Source of the DNA: Octopus bimaculoides
Taxonomy: Eukaryota
Length of the DNA stretch: 53,587 nucleotides
Reading direction: 5' to 3'
Assembly: GCF_001194135.2 (NCBI RefSeq)
Contig: NC_068993.1
Span: 25,395,383 to 25,448,969, forward strand
Below the pieces are notes generated by a model. That model saw only the letters and a program-made list of their open reading frames with translations. It had not been told where the DNA came from and made no database searches. Position 1 is the first letter of the stretch; each line of letters begins with the position of its first letter. The translations under genes were made by a program, and so were the position numbers. Positions 37,760 to 50,975 of the stretch are shown in pieces.

Positions 37760-38700
37760 CTCTTCATTAAGGTATCACTGGAAATGTTGCAGCCTCAGTG
37801 CATGTCTGTGCATCATCAGCCACAGCATGCCCACTCCTCCATATAATGGATGCAAACAGCAAATGAACTGTCTGACAAGCAGTTCCTGTCACTTCAATAG
37901 GAAGCAGAAGAGCAAGTGCACCAGCCTGTTAAGCCATGATGTGGGGCAAGGAATGACAGTCAGGTGTAGTATATGATGGATGCAATGAATGCATTTGCCA
38001 CCTCCACCTGACCTTTCAGGGACAGCTTCCTCTTGGCCTGTTTCTGGTTGAGACTGGCCACCCTGTGTGTCACCTCACCTCAGTTCTTGTTCACTTGGAG
38101 GCCCAGACCAAACCAGACCCTGAGCAACTTAACCATCCTTCTGTCCAGCATCCTTCAATGCTGGGTGGCCATTTACTTTGACCACCAAACAAATGTCACT
38201 GTGTATTGCAGCAATCCAGCCTCAGAAAATGGGACTGAAACCAGCCGCCTTAAGGACAGCCTCCAAGTACTGATGATCGACACTATCAAAAGATTTCGAT
38301 TGATCGAATTGATCAGGGCCCCACTCATGCCAGGTTCTTTACCAACCTTCTCTATGATGTATCATGTGAGGTGGAGGTTGTTGTGGATAGATCTGTTGGG
38401 GATAGTTCAAGTCTGCACATCGCCCATCAGTCTGTCAATGACAAGCACCAACCACTTTGCTAATACCTTGGCCAAAATTTTGTAATCTGCATTTAGCAGA
38501 GTTACAGGCTTAAACCTCAGTTCACAGATGTAGGGATTCTTCTGTTCTGCTGCCAGTTGCAATAGACACCCTGCAAAGCTCACTGAACAAGTTCACCTCT
38601 GCCTCCAGACCACCACACACCCCATACAGTTTAGCAAAGTACCACTGAAATTCCACACAAATCTGCTTGGACTCATAGCATATGCCCATGCTGACCTCTC
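37760..38700 (-). mobile_element. Degenerate Tx1/L1-clade RT fragment
   Basis: FKPVTLLNADYKILAKV, RSIHNNLHL, DQSKSFDSVDHQYL. Confidence 0.85.
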
Positions 38701-39029
38701 AAAGACCACGCTATTTTACACTTGTGAACATGTAAACATTTCACAAATACTAATATTTGCACAATATTAGCACAAGGCCCAAATATCATTTAGTTCTTTT
38801 TTCTGGGGACAAAGACTATTGTCTCATGTTCCCTTTTAAACAAAAATATCAACGAAGACAGTAGTTTTGATAACAAAAATACCTGTCAAGCTTCCACCAA
38901 TGTTCTAGCCTTCCAACCAGAAGTACTCTAATAATAATAATCATAATCATAATCAGAAGAAGAAGAACAACAACAACAACAAGAACAAGAACAAGAAGAA
39001 GAACAAGAAGAAGAACAAGAAGAAAGATT

Positions 39030-40400
39030 ACAATAACAACTGGATTGCAAAAACAGTCAGTACAAAAAAAAAACAAACCCACAATGGATCAGAAAAAGCA
39101 AAACTTTGGGAAATATAGACTAGCACTGCAAACACGAGCCACAATGTATATCAAGGAACTGAGCAATATTCTAAAAACTGCAAACAACTGGAAAGCCACA
39201 GGGATTGACAAAATGCCCAGTTTTTAGTTAAACACCTAACCAGTACTCATGAATTTCCAGTAGCAGCAACATTCAATGAACTGGTAAGTAGACCAGATTC
39301 AAAACCACAAAGGCTGCTGGAGGGGAAAATCAATATTGATTCCCCGAAACAAAAACACAAGAGACCTCTAAAACTGTTGGCCTATAACTTGCTTGCCAAC
39401 AATAAACTGTGTGTGTGACTAACTCTATTATAACAGTACTGGTTGCAAAAGCTTGTCAATAGAGGAGCATTAACAGTATGATAATCTGTTGAAAGGAAGT
39501 GTAGTTGAGAATAGCTGCTGAAGCTGCAAATGGCTTGTGGTTAGTAAAGCTGTAAGATCAGACAAAAATGATTTGAGGTTTGATAACATTGTTTTTACTA
39601 TATTTTGCTTATGAAAGAGAGAACCACTAAGGTAAATGCCCAGACTTTGGAAGGTGTGAGCTGCTGGCAAAAGCCATCAAAGTGAGAGCTATAGTGGTGG
39701 GAGTTAGTATGGTGGGCTTTGAAAAGCTAAGTGTGCTCTTTTTTTTTCTAAATGCAAATTTAATTTATGCATTCTGCAGTCCATTGTTGGATCAGTTTAT
39801 TTCTTGAATAATTATAAATTCCATCACATTAGAATAAAAGAATTTGCTAGTTTGATCTGATAATGATAAACAAATTTTCAAAAATTAATGTAGCAGTTTA
39901 CTGGTGAAATTCTTTTCAAAGGAATTCTGTTAGATGTTAAAAGACAAAATCAAAATGAAATTTAAAATTATACTAAAGAAAATAGAATAAAATCAGCTCC
40001 ATGGCCAATAACTTACAATACTTGTAGAGGGAAGTGAACCAGGGTGAAAACTAACAATGGCTCAGTCTGAATTTAGCTGTACAAAGCCAATGTCTAGCTA
40101 CATGAACAAACTAATGAAACAACAGTTAATAACAAGACTAAACTATAATATCAGTGAAATGGTTGACCATATCAATACTGGTTGCCAAGTCCTTGCAAAG
40201 TCAGATTATATCCATAGATATGATTGTGTTGGCCAACTTTTTCCACTGGAAAATATAACTAGACTTTGATATGTAAACTGCAAAGTGGTACATGACAGTA
40301 ATCTGCTTTTAATAAACTGGGACATGCCAGTCCAGAGTAACAAAGAAGATCAAGGTGAATTGTCCAGACATAAATTATCAAGGCAGGAACAAAAATATTG
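39030..40400 (+). mobile_element. Second R4/Dong-like fragment, interrupted at about 39450-39750 by a minus-strand CR1/L2-like piece
   Basis: NNWKATGIDK; EMVDHINTGCQVLAKSDYIHRYD (CCHC-adjacent region); minus-strand LGIYLSG. Confidence 0.6.
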
Positions 40401-41205
40401 TTGCATCTCAATTTTTTTTCCTTGGAAAGGAAATCATGAAATTATCCAACAGTAAATGTACTGGAATGAAAAGAAACAGTTTGCAGAGTATGAAAGCAAA
40501 CACAGCAACAATAATAATAGGTGTACACTGTATAATGAAGTACATGAATAGAAACAGAGCTAACAACTTTACACACAGTCTAAAAAGTAACCCTGCTAGG
40601 TTTAGTCCACAGTTCAATTCAATCGCATAACTCATAAAGAGCACTTTCTGCTTAAGTCACACAACACATTCATCATTACCCAGTAAAGTAATTCATCACA
40701 TATTCTAACATAATCAACATCCAATACTTTAATACCTCTCTCAAAAGTTATATTCTATTGGGTTATATTATTGGGTGACTATTGTCACCCAATAATATAA
40801 CAGAAACCACACAACCTCCATTTGAACACTAAAACAAATATACAAACTTAGACATCACACACAAACATCTTCCAACAAAATACAACTAACATTGCATTTA
40901 TTCCGCACAACAAACACGAAAACACATCCAAAACCAGTAAACCATGCCCAACAACAAAATGAAAGTGTTGTAGTATAGTAACAGAGGTCTACATTCCAAA
41001 AGACAATGATTCATACCTCAGAGACAAGGTGATACAGAAAAAAAGTCACATAAAACTGTTGAAAACAAGATAGTAATAGTAACTATTTATTAAATAGTTA
41101 ATAATTTCTAACTTTGCCACATCCCAGAACATAATGAGGTATAACTAAATATTGCCAGGCATTTGGTTCAACTTTTTAATATCTCTGATACTTCACCATC
41201 CTTAC

Positions 41206-41270
<65 letters not shown>

Positions 41271-41278
<8 letters not shown>

Positions 41279-41850
41279 TGCAACTATTTACATTATGGTG
41301 GTAGGTGATGTGATCATTCCCTACCCCAGTGTGGTCCTTTATAGTCTGGTCCTTTATACAGAAAACGAGAAAGCAACCATACTCTGGGATATGCCAATAC
41401 ACACAGATAGAGAAATTAAGGCAAATAGACCAGATATAGTTGTCAAAGATCATGAAGAAAAAAAATGCTTTCTAATTGATGTATCAATACCAGCAGATGA
41501 CAACGTTTCTCTAAAAGAAATGGAAAAACTTTCAAAATACAAAGACCTGGAAATAGAGATAACTCGAATGTGGAATCTAAAAACAGAAACAATTCCTATC
41601 ATAGTAGGTGCCTTAGGTATAATAAAAAAATATTCAGACAAATACATAACAAAAACACCAGGACTTACAAATATATATAACATACAGAAAATTGCACTAC
41701 TGGGTACTGCACACATTCTACGCAAAACACTTTCAATACAGTAAACATAAGAGCACCACAGCAAACCACAGCACATACCCAAGGCGCACAGAGCTGCGCT
41801 CGGTAGTGAAGTGAAAGCACGTTATAAAAATAAAACTACTGAACAATAAT
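41271..41850 (+). mobile_element. R4/Dong-like RLE 3' fragment embedded in (AAT)n, preceded by a 79-bp module
   Basis: ILWDMPIHTDREIKANRPDIV...IDVSIP...KLSKYKDL...IPIIVGALG; (AAT)n on both sides. Confidence 0.9.
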
Positions 41851-42056
41851 AATAATATTTTCTACTCTATGCACAAGGCCCGAAATTTTGGGGGAGGGGG
41901 CCAGTCGATTAGATCGACCCTAGTACACAACTGGTACTCAATTTATCGACCCTGAAAGGATGAAAGGCAAAGTTGACCTCGGCGGGATTTGAACTCAGAA
42001 CATAAGACAGATGAAATACCGCTAAGCATTTTCCCCAGCATGCTAACGATCCTGCC

Positions 42057-42100
<44 letters not shown>

Positions 42101-43302
42101 TGATCCCTAAAAGGATGAAAGGCAAATCGATCTTGGTGGTAATTGAACTCAAAACACAAAGCTAGAAGAAATGCTGTGATGCATTTCATCCAGCATGCTA
42201 ACAGTTCTACCAACTTCCTGCCTTAGTAGAAGTAATGATGATGATGATGATAATAATAACAATAATAACATCCCTCTATCCCTTTCCTTACCATCAATCA
42301 AGATCAACAGCAGTACGTACCTTTGAATACTATTAATGATGATAATGATTATGTTGCCTATGATGATAGCTTTGATGATGAAGAGGACGACGATGATGAT
42401 GATGATGATGATGATGAGGAGGAGGAGGAGGACGACGACGACGACGACGACGACAATAACGATGATGATGATGACAATTATAAGTGTGCCCAGACTATAA
42501 AGGACCACACTGGGGTAGGGAATGATCACACCTACCACCATAATGTAAATAGTTGCAACTCATTAATATTCCCACAATAATACTATTCTGTTTTGCTAAC
42601 GATGCAGTCTCTGTCGTTAAATTTCTGTGTAATCTGACCTCTGACAACCTTAAAGTCATCATCATCATCATCGCCATCATCGTCATCATCATCATCATCA
42701 TTGTTGTCATTACCATCATCTTTGCAGTTGCCAACTCTCAACTATCCCAGAGTAGCTTACCTCAGCAAAAACTCCCACCTCATCCCTACATCTGTTGCAT
42801 AATTTCTGTCTATGTGTGTGTTAATGTATGTGTGTGAGTGTGTGTGTCTTTATGTGTGTGTGTGAGAGTGTCTGTGTAAGTCTGTGTGTGTAACTGTGCA
42901 TGTGTGTATGTGTGCATCTGCTTGTGTATATAGAAATGTGAATGAGCGTTGGCATATACACAAGCATATGTATAAATATTTATGATTATGTCATGTCTGT
43001 GTGTGTGTATACACACACATGTGCAAAAGTATTTACATGGATGTGCTTTCAGTCTGTGATTGCATTTGTACATGTTTTTATAAAAGTGGATACATATACA
43101 AATAATGTATGTGTGTATGTATTTAACTATATACAATTTTGTATACATGTACATATTTACATTGAAACTTCAATGTATAGTTGTCTACATATATGTGTGT
43201 ATGTCCATGTTTCTTTGTATGTATGTGTTGTTATATATATATATATACACACATACACATACATTTATATATACGCATACATTTATATATACACATACAT
43301 AC

Positions 43303-43346
<44 letters not shown>

Positions 43347-43568
43347 ATATATGTATGTATGTATGTTTAGGTATAATTTCTCTCCTGCATATGGTATCTG
43401 ATTCCTCTGGCATCTAGTTTCTCCTCTTAGCTCTCACTTGTGCTTTGTTGCTCATGCATACACCTCCCCACACACTGGTATATGTATAAATACCTTTAAG
43501 TGTGTTTGTGTGTGCTGTCTGTATGTTTATATGTGTATACACACACACACACACACATATTTGTATGC

Positions 43569-43614
<46 letters not shown>

Positions 43615-43619
<5 letters not shown>

Positions 43620-44300
43620 ACCTAGTTCTTATAGCTGAATCTGTAGGCAGTTTAGAGAACAAAATCCAGACATGGAAGCAAAATCTTGAAGAAGAGACCT
43701 CAATAAATACTTGACAAAGACTGAAGATGTAGTAAGTCTAGAGAGACAAGACCCTGCTATTATCAGGGAGATGACTTTCCTTAATATGCAGAGAAGGAAT
43801 TGGTAGGAATTTCATATATTGTATTCAGTGTAAAACTATGGATACATAAGTGGTGTTGTGGGATTACAAGAAGGAAGATTTTGTTTGTGGCAGACACTCT
43901 GAAACAGTTAGTAGTACATGTGAACTAAATCCCTTAAAATACCCCGAAGGATCACTAAAAGTGACCTCAAGTTAATTAGTAGCAGAGGTGGTTGTTTTGA
44001 AAGCAAAACATTATAGAAGAAGTTCAAGGAGTTGTTACCTCTGGTGATAAAACTGTGACAGTCATATAAAGAAGTGTTAAGCACTAAAACTGGATTGAAC
44101 CTGTGGAATAAGTGAGTCTTAGGAAGATATGGTTACAAGAGGGGGTACTTAATCCTAAGATGCTGAGACTCAAAGGAGATAACAAAGGCTGTGACAATTG
44201 GTGGCATGAAATGATGGAAAAGTACCATTATTAATGAAAAAGAGTCGTTAAATAGTGATCGCAGTGGAATCCGGAGGTTATAATATATCTTCATTTGACC
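43615..44300 (+). mobile_element. Old RTE RT fragment
   Basis: DLVLIAESVGSLENKIQTWKQNLE. Confidence 0.75.
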
Positions 44301-44306
44301 TGACAC

Positions 44307-47300
44307 ACGATTTGACTGAGGACTGGTGGACCAGGAGGCGACACCAGGCTCCAATCTGATTTGGCAGAGTTTCTACAGCTGGATGCCTTTCCTAACGCCA
44401 ACCACTCCGAGAGTGTAGTGGGTGCTTTTACGTGCCACCTGCACAGGAGCCAGTCCATCGGCATTGGCAACGATCTCGCTCGAATGTCTTTTCACGTGCC
44501 ACTGGCACAAGTGCCAGGAAGGCGACGTTAGTAACGATCANNNNNNNNNNNNNNNNNNNNNNNNNNNNNNNNNNNNNNNNNNNNNNNNNNNNNNNNNNNN
44601 NNNNNNNNNNNNNNNNNNNNNNNNNNNNNNNNNNNNNNNNNNNNNNNNNNNNNNNNNNNNNNNNNNNNNNNNNNNNNNNNNNNNNNNNNNNNNNNNNNNN
44701 NNNNNNNNNNNNNNNNNNNNNNNNNNNNNNNNNNNNNNNNNNNNNNNNNNNNNNNNNNNNNAGTAACGATCACGCAAGTGCTATTTACTTGCCACCGGCA
44801 CGGAAGCCAGACAGCTGGTGCTCTGGCATCGATCACGCTCGGACAATGCTCTTAGTGCTCCATTGGTACAGTTGCCATCATGATTTCGCTTTCGCTTGCC
44901 CCAAAGGTCTTTGCAAGCCGATTTTAGTGTTTCTACAAATTTAGTACGATTTCGATTTCACTTGCCTCAACAGGTCTTCGCAAGCTGAGTTTAGTGTCCA
45001 ATGAAGGAATGTTACGTGTAAGTGGGCTGGCTACATCCCTGGCAGAGGCCTTGGATTTTGGTCTCACTTGGCTTGCCGGGTTTTCTCACGCACTGCATAT
45101 TTCCAAAGGTCTCGGTCACAAGTCACTGCTTCGGTGAGGCCTAATGTTCGGAGGTCGTGCTTCACCACCTCATCTAGGTCTTCCTCGGCCTGCCTCTTCC
45201 ACGAGTTCCCTCAACCGCTATCCTCATCCATTCTCGCCACATGTCCAAACCAGTGCAATCGTCTCTCTTGCACACCACAACTCATGCTTCTTAGGTTCAT
45301 CTTTTCTCCCAATATACTTACACTCTGTCGGGTATGCACACTGACATTACTCATCCATCGGAGCATACTGGCTTCATTCCTTGCGAGCTTACGCATGTCC
45401 TCAGCAGTCACGGCCCATGTTTCACTGCCATGTAGCATGGCTGTTTGTACACATGCATCATANNNNNNNNNNNNNNNNNNNNNNNNNNNNNNNNNNNNNN
45501 NNNNNNNNNNNNNNNNNNNNNNNNNNNNNNNNNNNNNNNNNNNNNNNNNNNNNNNNNNNNNNNNNNNNNNNNNNNNNNNNNNNNNNNNNNNNNNNNNNNN
45601 NNNNNNNNNNNNNNNNNNNNNNNNNNNNNNNNNNNNNNNNNNNNNNNNNNNNNNNNNNNNNNNNNNNNNNNNNNNNNNNNNNNNNNNNNNNNNNNNNNNN
45701 NNNNNNNNNNNNNNNNNNNNNNNNNNNNNNNNNNNNNNNNNNNNNNNNNNNNNNNNNNNNNNNNNNNNNNNNNNNNNNNNNNNNNNNNNNNNNNNNNNNN
45801 NNNNNNNNNNNNNNNNNNNNNNNNNNNNNNNNNNNNNNNNNNNNNNNNNNNNNNNNNNNNNNNNNNNNNNNNNNNNNNNNNNNNNNNNNNNNNNNNNNNN
45901 NNNNNNNNNNNNNNNNNNNNNNNNNNNNNNNNNNNNNNNNNNNNNNNNNNNNNNNNNNNNNNNNNNNNNNNNNNNNNNNNNNNNNNNNNNNNNNNNNNNN
46001 NNNNNNNNNNNNNNNNNNNNNNNNNNNNNNNNNGACAGCGTCTTTGTACATGGCTTGCACAGCTCTCACTAACCATTCTTCTATCCCTAGTTTACTTATT
46101 GACCACCAGATAAGGGATCAGGGGACCCTGTCAAAGGCTTTTTCCATGTCAACGAAAGCCAGGTACAGAGGTTTATCCTTGGCTAGGTTTTTCTCCTGCA
46201 GCTTTCTTACCAGAAATATAGCATCAGTGCTGCTTTTCCCTGGCACGAACCCAAACTGAATCTCATCTAAACTGACTCGCTCCCTAATTAGTTGGGTTAT
46301 GACCCTTTCTGTGACTTTCACTACCTGATCTAATAGCTTGATACCTCTGTAATTATTTGTATCTAAAGCGTCACTTTTACCTTTGTAGTAGTTGACTAAG
46401 GTGCTGCTACACCAATCATTGGGTATGACTCCTTCATGTATCACCTGGTTAGCAATACGGGTGACTAGGGTATAGCCGACACTGCCAGATATTTTGAGCA
46501 TCTCTGCAGTGATTCCTCATGGGCCGGGGGCTTTCCCTGTCTTCATACTCTTAATTGCTTTATCTACTATGGTACTGTCAACTCGGATAGCTGGTCCCTC
46601 TGTTGGGTCGACATACAGCAGACTCTCTTTCTCCCATTCATTCTCTTTATTGAGCAATCTATCGTAGTGGCATCTCCAAACTTCTTCGTTTAGTGCAAGC
46701 GTACCATCATCCATGCGAACACATTTCGCTCCTACGACATCACGATTCTCTCTCACACACTGTCTTGCAACACGAAATACCTCACGTCTTTGGTCCTCNN
46801 NNNNNNNNCTCACACACTGTCTTGCAACACGAAATACCTCACGTCTTTGGTCCTCACGGCGCAGAACATTGGCAATTTTTTTTTTATCTGCTTCCCCTCT
46901 GGCTAAATAAACCTGTCGCCTAGCTTACCTCCTGGCAGTCTGATACAATTCTCTGCTACCACCATTCTTCCAGTCCTTCCAAGCCTGTTTCTTTTGTCTA
47001 ATAGCCCTGTCTATCACCTTGTTCCAGCCACAAATCTGGTCGGTGGTTCTCAGCAGGTTGTCCTGCAGAAACCTCCAATTGTCTTCCACGTTGTATGATG
47101 CTATATCCCCTTCTATTTCGTCAAATGCTTCGAGTAACATGTCTCTAAATCTCTTTCCATTTGCAGGATCTTTAAGCTTCCACACCCTTCTCCTCCAAGC
47201 CGGTCTTCTTCCTGGCATCCATTTTGCCTTGATCCCGAAGTCGCTAACTACTAATCTGTGTTGAGGAGTACATTCTTCGCCAAGGAAGGTTTTTTGGCAT

Positions 47301-48335
47301 TTATAAGCCGCCCTATTTCCCTATTTCTGGCGAGGACGTAGTCGATTTGGCTAGAGTGTCTGCCGGAGAGGTAGGTGACTAGGTGACAGGCAGGTTTCCT
47401 GAAGTTGGTATTGCAAACCATAAGATCACAGAACTCCAGCAGTCTGGTTCCCTCCTCATTGCGGGAACCAAAGCCATGGCCTCCATGTACGCTATGGAAG
47501 CCCCCTGCATGTCGTCCAACATGACCATTGAAATCATCAGCCACAAAGAGAAGGTCCCTGTCATTCGTCAACGAGGTAGTTTGCAAGAGGGTGTCGTAGA
47601 ATTGGTCTTTCAGCCCATCCGGTAACCCCGGTTGAGGGTCATGGGCCGAGATGATGGTAGCTAACCTATGATGAAGCACTAGTCTAATCTTAAGTACTCT
47701 GTCACATACTCTAACTACCTCGATTACCTTATCAACCCATTTCTCTGCTAGAAGTATTCCTACGCCCCCGACCCCGTCAGTGTCCCCTGGCGAGAAAATC
47801 TTGTACCTGTGTTCTTTGCCTGTGAGGAACCTCGTGGAACCTCCTGTCCACCTTACTTCTTGGATGCAGCACAGATCTACGCGTCTCCGTTCAAGCATCT
47901 CAACAATCTCACCAGACCTACCTTTCAGCGTGCCGACGTTGAGAGTGCCAATTCTGATGGTGTGAGAGGTGTGGGCCTGTGCGACCCTGGGATGGGGGAA
48001 AGCAGTGTCGTGTACCTGAAAAGAATGCTTGCATTTGGCAGAATTCATAAACAAAACAATACCTACAACCTGCATACACTACACAATCTTTATGCGCTAC
48101 CCAAGGTTGGGAAGGGGATGGTATAAGGCCTCTAGGAGTGTTCACGGGAGACAACCGAGGATGACAGAGGATAAGAACTTCCGGTACTGGTAGAGGGGGT
48201 GGGAAGGCGGGTGTACCACCAGCCAAGAGAACTTCGACGTAATTCTGTCAGCAGAGAGATTGGAAAACGATTAGGAGAAAGTGGAATATTGAACTGGTTT
48301 ATATAGAGAGTTAGGGTCCCGTAGGAATCGAAGAT
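44307..48335 (-). mobile_element. Near-full-length degenerate RTE LINE (5' UTR, APE, RT, 3' UTR)
   Basis: IRIGTLNVGTL, CIQEVRW, SQIDYVL, MKTGKAPGP, YRGIKLL, QFGF, AFVDMEKAFDRVP, MLHGSETW; several frameshifts and gaps. Confidence 0.95.
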
Positions 48336-48791
48336 AGAGAGGGAGAGAGAGAGAGAGTGATTCAGAGAGAGTGAGGGAGAGAGNNNNNNNNNNNNNNNNN
48401 NNNNNNNNNNNNNNNNNNNNNNNNNNNNNNNNNNNNNNNNNNNNNNNNNNNNNNNNNNNNNNNNNNNNNNNNNNNNNNNNNNNNNNNNNNNNNNNNNNNN
48501 NNNNNNNNNNNNNNNNNNNNNNNNNNNNNNNNNNNNNNNNNNNNNNNNNNNNNNNNNNNNNNNNNNNNNNNNNNNNNNNNNNNNNNNNNNNNNNNNNNNN
48601 NNNNNNNNNNNNNNNNNNNNNNNNNNNNNNNNNNNNNNNNNNNNNNNNNNNNNNNNNNNNNNNNNNNNNNNNNNNNNNNNNNNNNNNNNNNNNNNNNNNN
48701 NNNNNNNNNNNNNNNNNNNNNNNNNNNNNNNNNNNNNNNNNNNNNNNNNNNNNNNNNNNNNNNNNNNNNNNNNNNNNNNNNNNNNNNNNNN

Positions 48792-48903
48792 CAAGGCACG
48801 ATTAGCGAAGACGAAGACCAAATAAACCAGAAATCCAGGATTTGAAATTATCTTATTATTTTTACTGGTTTATTTGGTCTTCGTCTTCGCTAATCGTGCC
48901 TTG
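48792..48903. repeat. Perfect 39-bp inverted repeat with 34-nt loop, abutting an assembly gap
   Basis: Arms 48792-48830 and 48865-48903 are exact reverse complements. Confidence 0.95.
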
Positions 48904-48983
48904 CGGACATTTATTGTGGTTTTGGAGTCAGGATTTGACTGCTATTTTTTCAGCGTGGTGGTATCTCTTGATACCCTGTATTA

Positions 48984-49025
<42 letters not shown>

Positions 49026-49293
49026 ACTTCTTTCAGTTTCCATCTACCAAATCCACTCACAAGTCTTTGGCCAGTCCAATTCTATAGTAGAAAACACTTG
49101 CCCAAGGAGCCACACAGTGGGATTGAATCCAGAACCATGTTAAGAAGCAAACTTCTTACCACACAATCAAACCTGTACCTAATTAAATTTCTGTCTTCTA
49201 CACTCAGTGGTGTTTGATGGTGCAGTAGAGGTTTGGTGGTGGTGTATACATCTGGCAATTTATTGTTGGTGCATTGTCTCTGCTTAATCATTG

Positions 49294-49812
49294 TTATTGA
49301 TAGTTAACCACAAGTTAGATATGGTTATTTATGGGAAACCTTGGCTTAGTTATATATAATGATGGATGCTTGTTACCTATGGTTTGCTATATTATTGATA
49401 GATGGCCTCTGATTATCTATAGTTATACATAGATGACCTCTTGCTAGTATGTTTATTGATAGAGGATTGCTGGTTAACTATGGTACTAGATGGATGACCT
49501 CTGGTAAGTCATATTTATGAAAGAATGGCATCTGGTGGACTATATTTATTAATGGGAGGCTTGTTACTTTTGGTTTTTGATGGTTGGCCTCTAAATAACT
49601 ACGGATATGAATGAGTGGCCCCTGGTTATCAATGTTTACTGAATTTATCAAATAAGCTACACTTATTTGATGCAGTGGTGGGATCAATAGAGTTATTGAA
49701 GTGTGTTCTCATTTAGCCATGCTTACTAACAGATGGTCTCTGCTTAGCTATGGTTATTGTTGGGTAGCTTGTGCTTAGCTATGGTTCTTCATGTGGTGAT
49801 TTATTAACTATG
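49294..49812. repeat. Degenerate about 30-31 bp minisatellite (consensus close to TTATTGATAGATGGCCTCTGGTTAACTATGG)
   Basis: About 14 recognisable units by eye. Confidence 0.65.
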
Positions 49813-50599
49813 ATCAAAGACATTCGAGGCATGAACATCATATCCCTATGACAGACATTGTATCCTGCCTTTTTTTAAGTTGACGGCATGTTAAAATTTA
49901 AGGAACAAAGAGTGAAAAAGGGTCTTTATCACAGTGCACAACTGTTACTGTTTCTCCACATTGTTGGTGGTGTACAGACTAGCTCAGTGCTGGGCACCAG
50001 GTGGCTTTCCATGCAGTGGCAAGAACTGTGAGTGTTGAAGCCTACTGCAGCAACAAACTTTGCCCTTTATATATCCAAGTGGCATTTTTAATATTTTTGG
50101 TGTTTTTTTTTCAATAGATAGTCTTTATGTGTGGTTTGTGTGCAGCATGCTGTGAGGTGAATGGTACTGTTCTGTGTTCTTTGTAGTTCACTGTAATGTG
50201 CTGGTGAGAGATTTTGGGGCCCAGCAGGAATAATCCACATCATACTAGCACTGTTAGAACGCCCTGCATCAAATGCTTTGTTTGCCCACCACTTTTGTTG
50301 TCTTTGTCAGTTAAATGTGGTACCTGTTAATATGTTTATTTGTAATTTTGGTTCCTTTATTCTGATTTCTACATGTCTTTTGGAGGTGTTGTAATGTAAG
50401 GATGTTGGCAGTCACACAACCCAAAATTGTGTGTTTGTTTATGTCTTCATAACTTAGCAGTTTGGGAAAAAGACCCATAAAATAAATACCAGGCAGAAAA
50501 AAAGTACTGGAGCCAATCCATTCAACTAAAAATTCTTCAATGTGGTGCCCCAGCATAGTCACAGTCTAATGACTGAAACGAGTAAAAGATTAAAGATCA

Positions 50600-50975
50600 T
50601 CCCCATTTCCATGCTTGCATGGGTCAGATGAAATTCATTGATGCAGATGCCTTTCCTGTCACCAACACTCAACTGTTTCCAAACAAGCTAATATATTCCT
50701 AAGGCCAGGCATGTTTTACATGGAAGATTGGAAAAGAACACCCTCACTTTTTTGACAGTGATGCTCGTTTACAACCATCACGTAATGTCAAGACAAGAGG
50801 AAACTCACACATATACATACACACATATATAAGATAAGCTTCTTTCAGTTTCTACCAAATCTACTCACAAGGCTTTAATTAGCCCAGGATTATAGATGTT
50901 TTCCCAAGGTGCAGCATAGGACTAAACTTGAAACATTATGGTTGGGAAGCAAGCTTGTCAACCACATAGCAATGC
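50600..50975 (-). mobile_element. Chimeric SINE: family A tRNA head with an RTE-like 3' tail
   Basis: Head at 50830-50975; tail ends rc of CCATTTCCATGCTTGCATGGGTCAGATG. Confidence 0.6.

Noticed and set aside
42800-43615. Cys/Val/Tyr/His-rich ORFs here and at 200-391, 11961-12352, 35292-35607
   Set aside because: Translations of (TG)n, (TA)n and (TATG)n microsatellites.
46752-46855. 47-bp direct repeat in the RTE
   Set aside because: Identical copies flank a 10-N gap; an unmerged contig overlap.
49294-49812. CRISPR-like array
   Set aside because: Eukaryotic context; contiguous degenerate units with no unique spacers.
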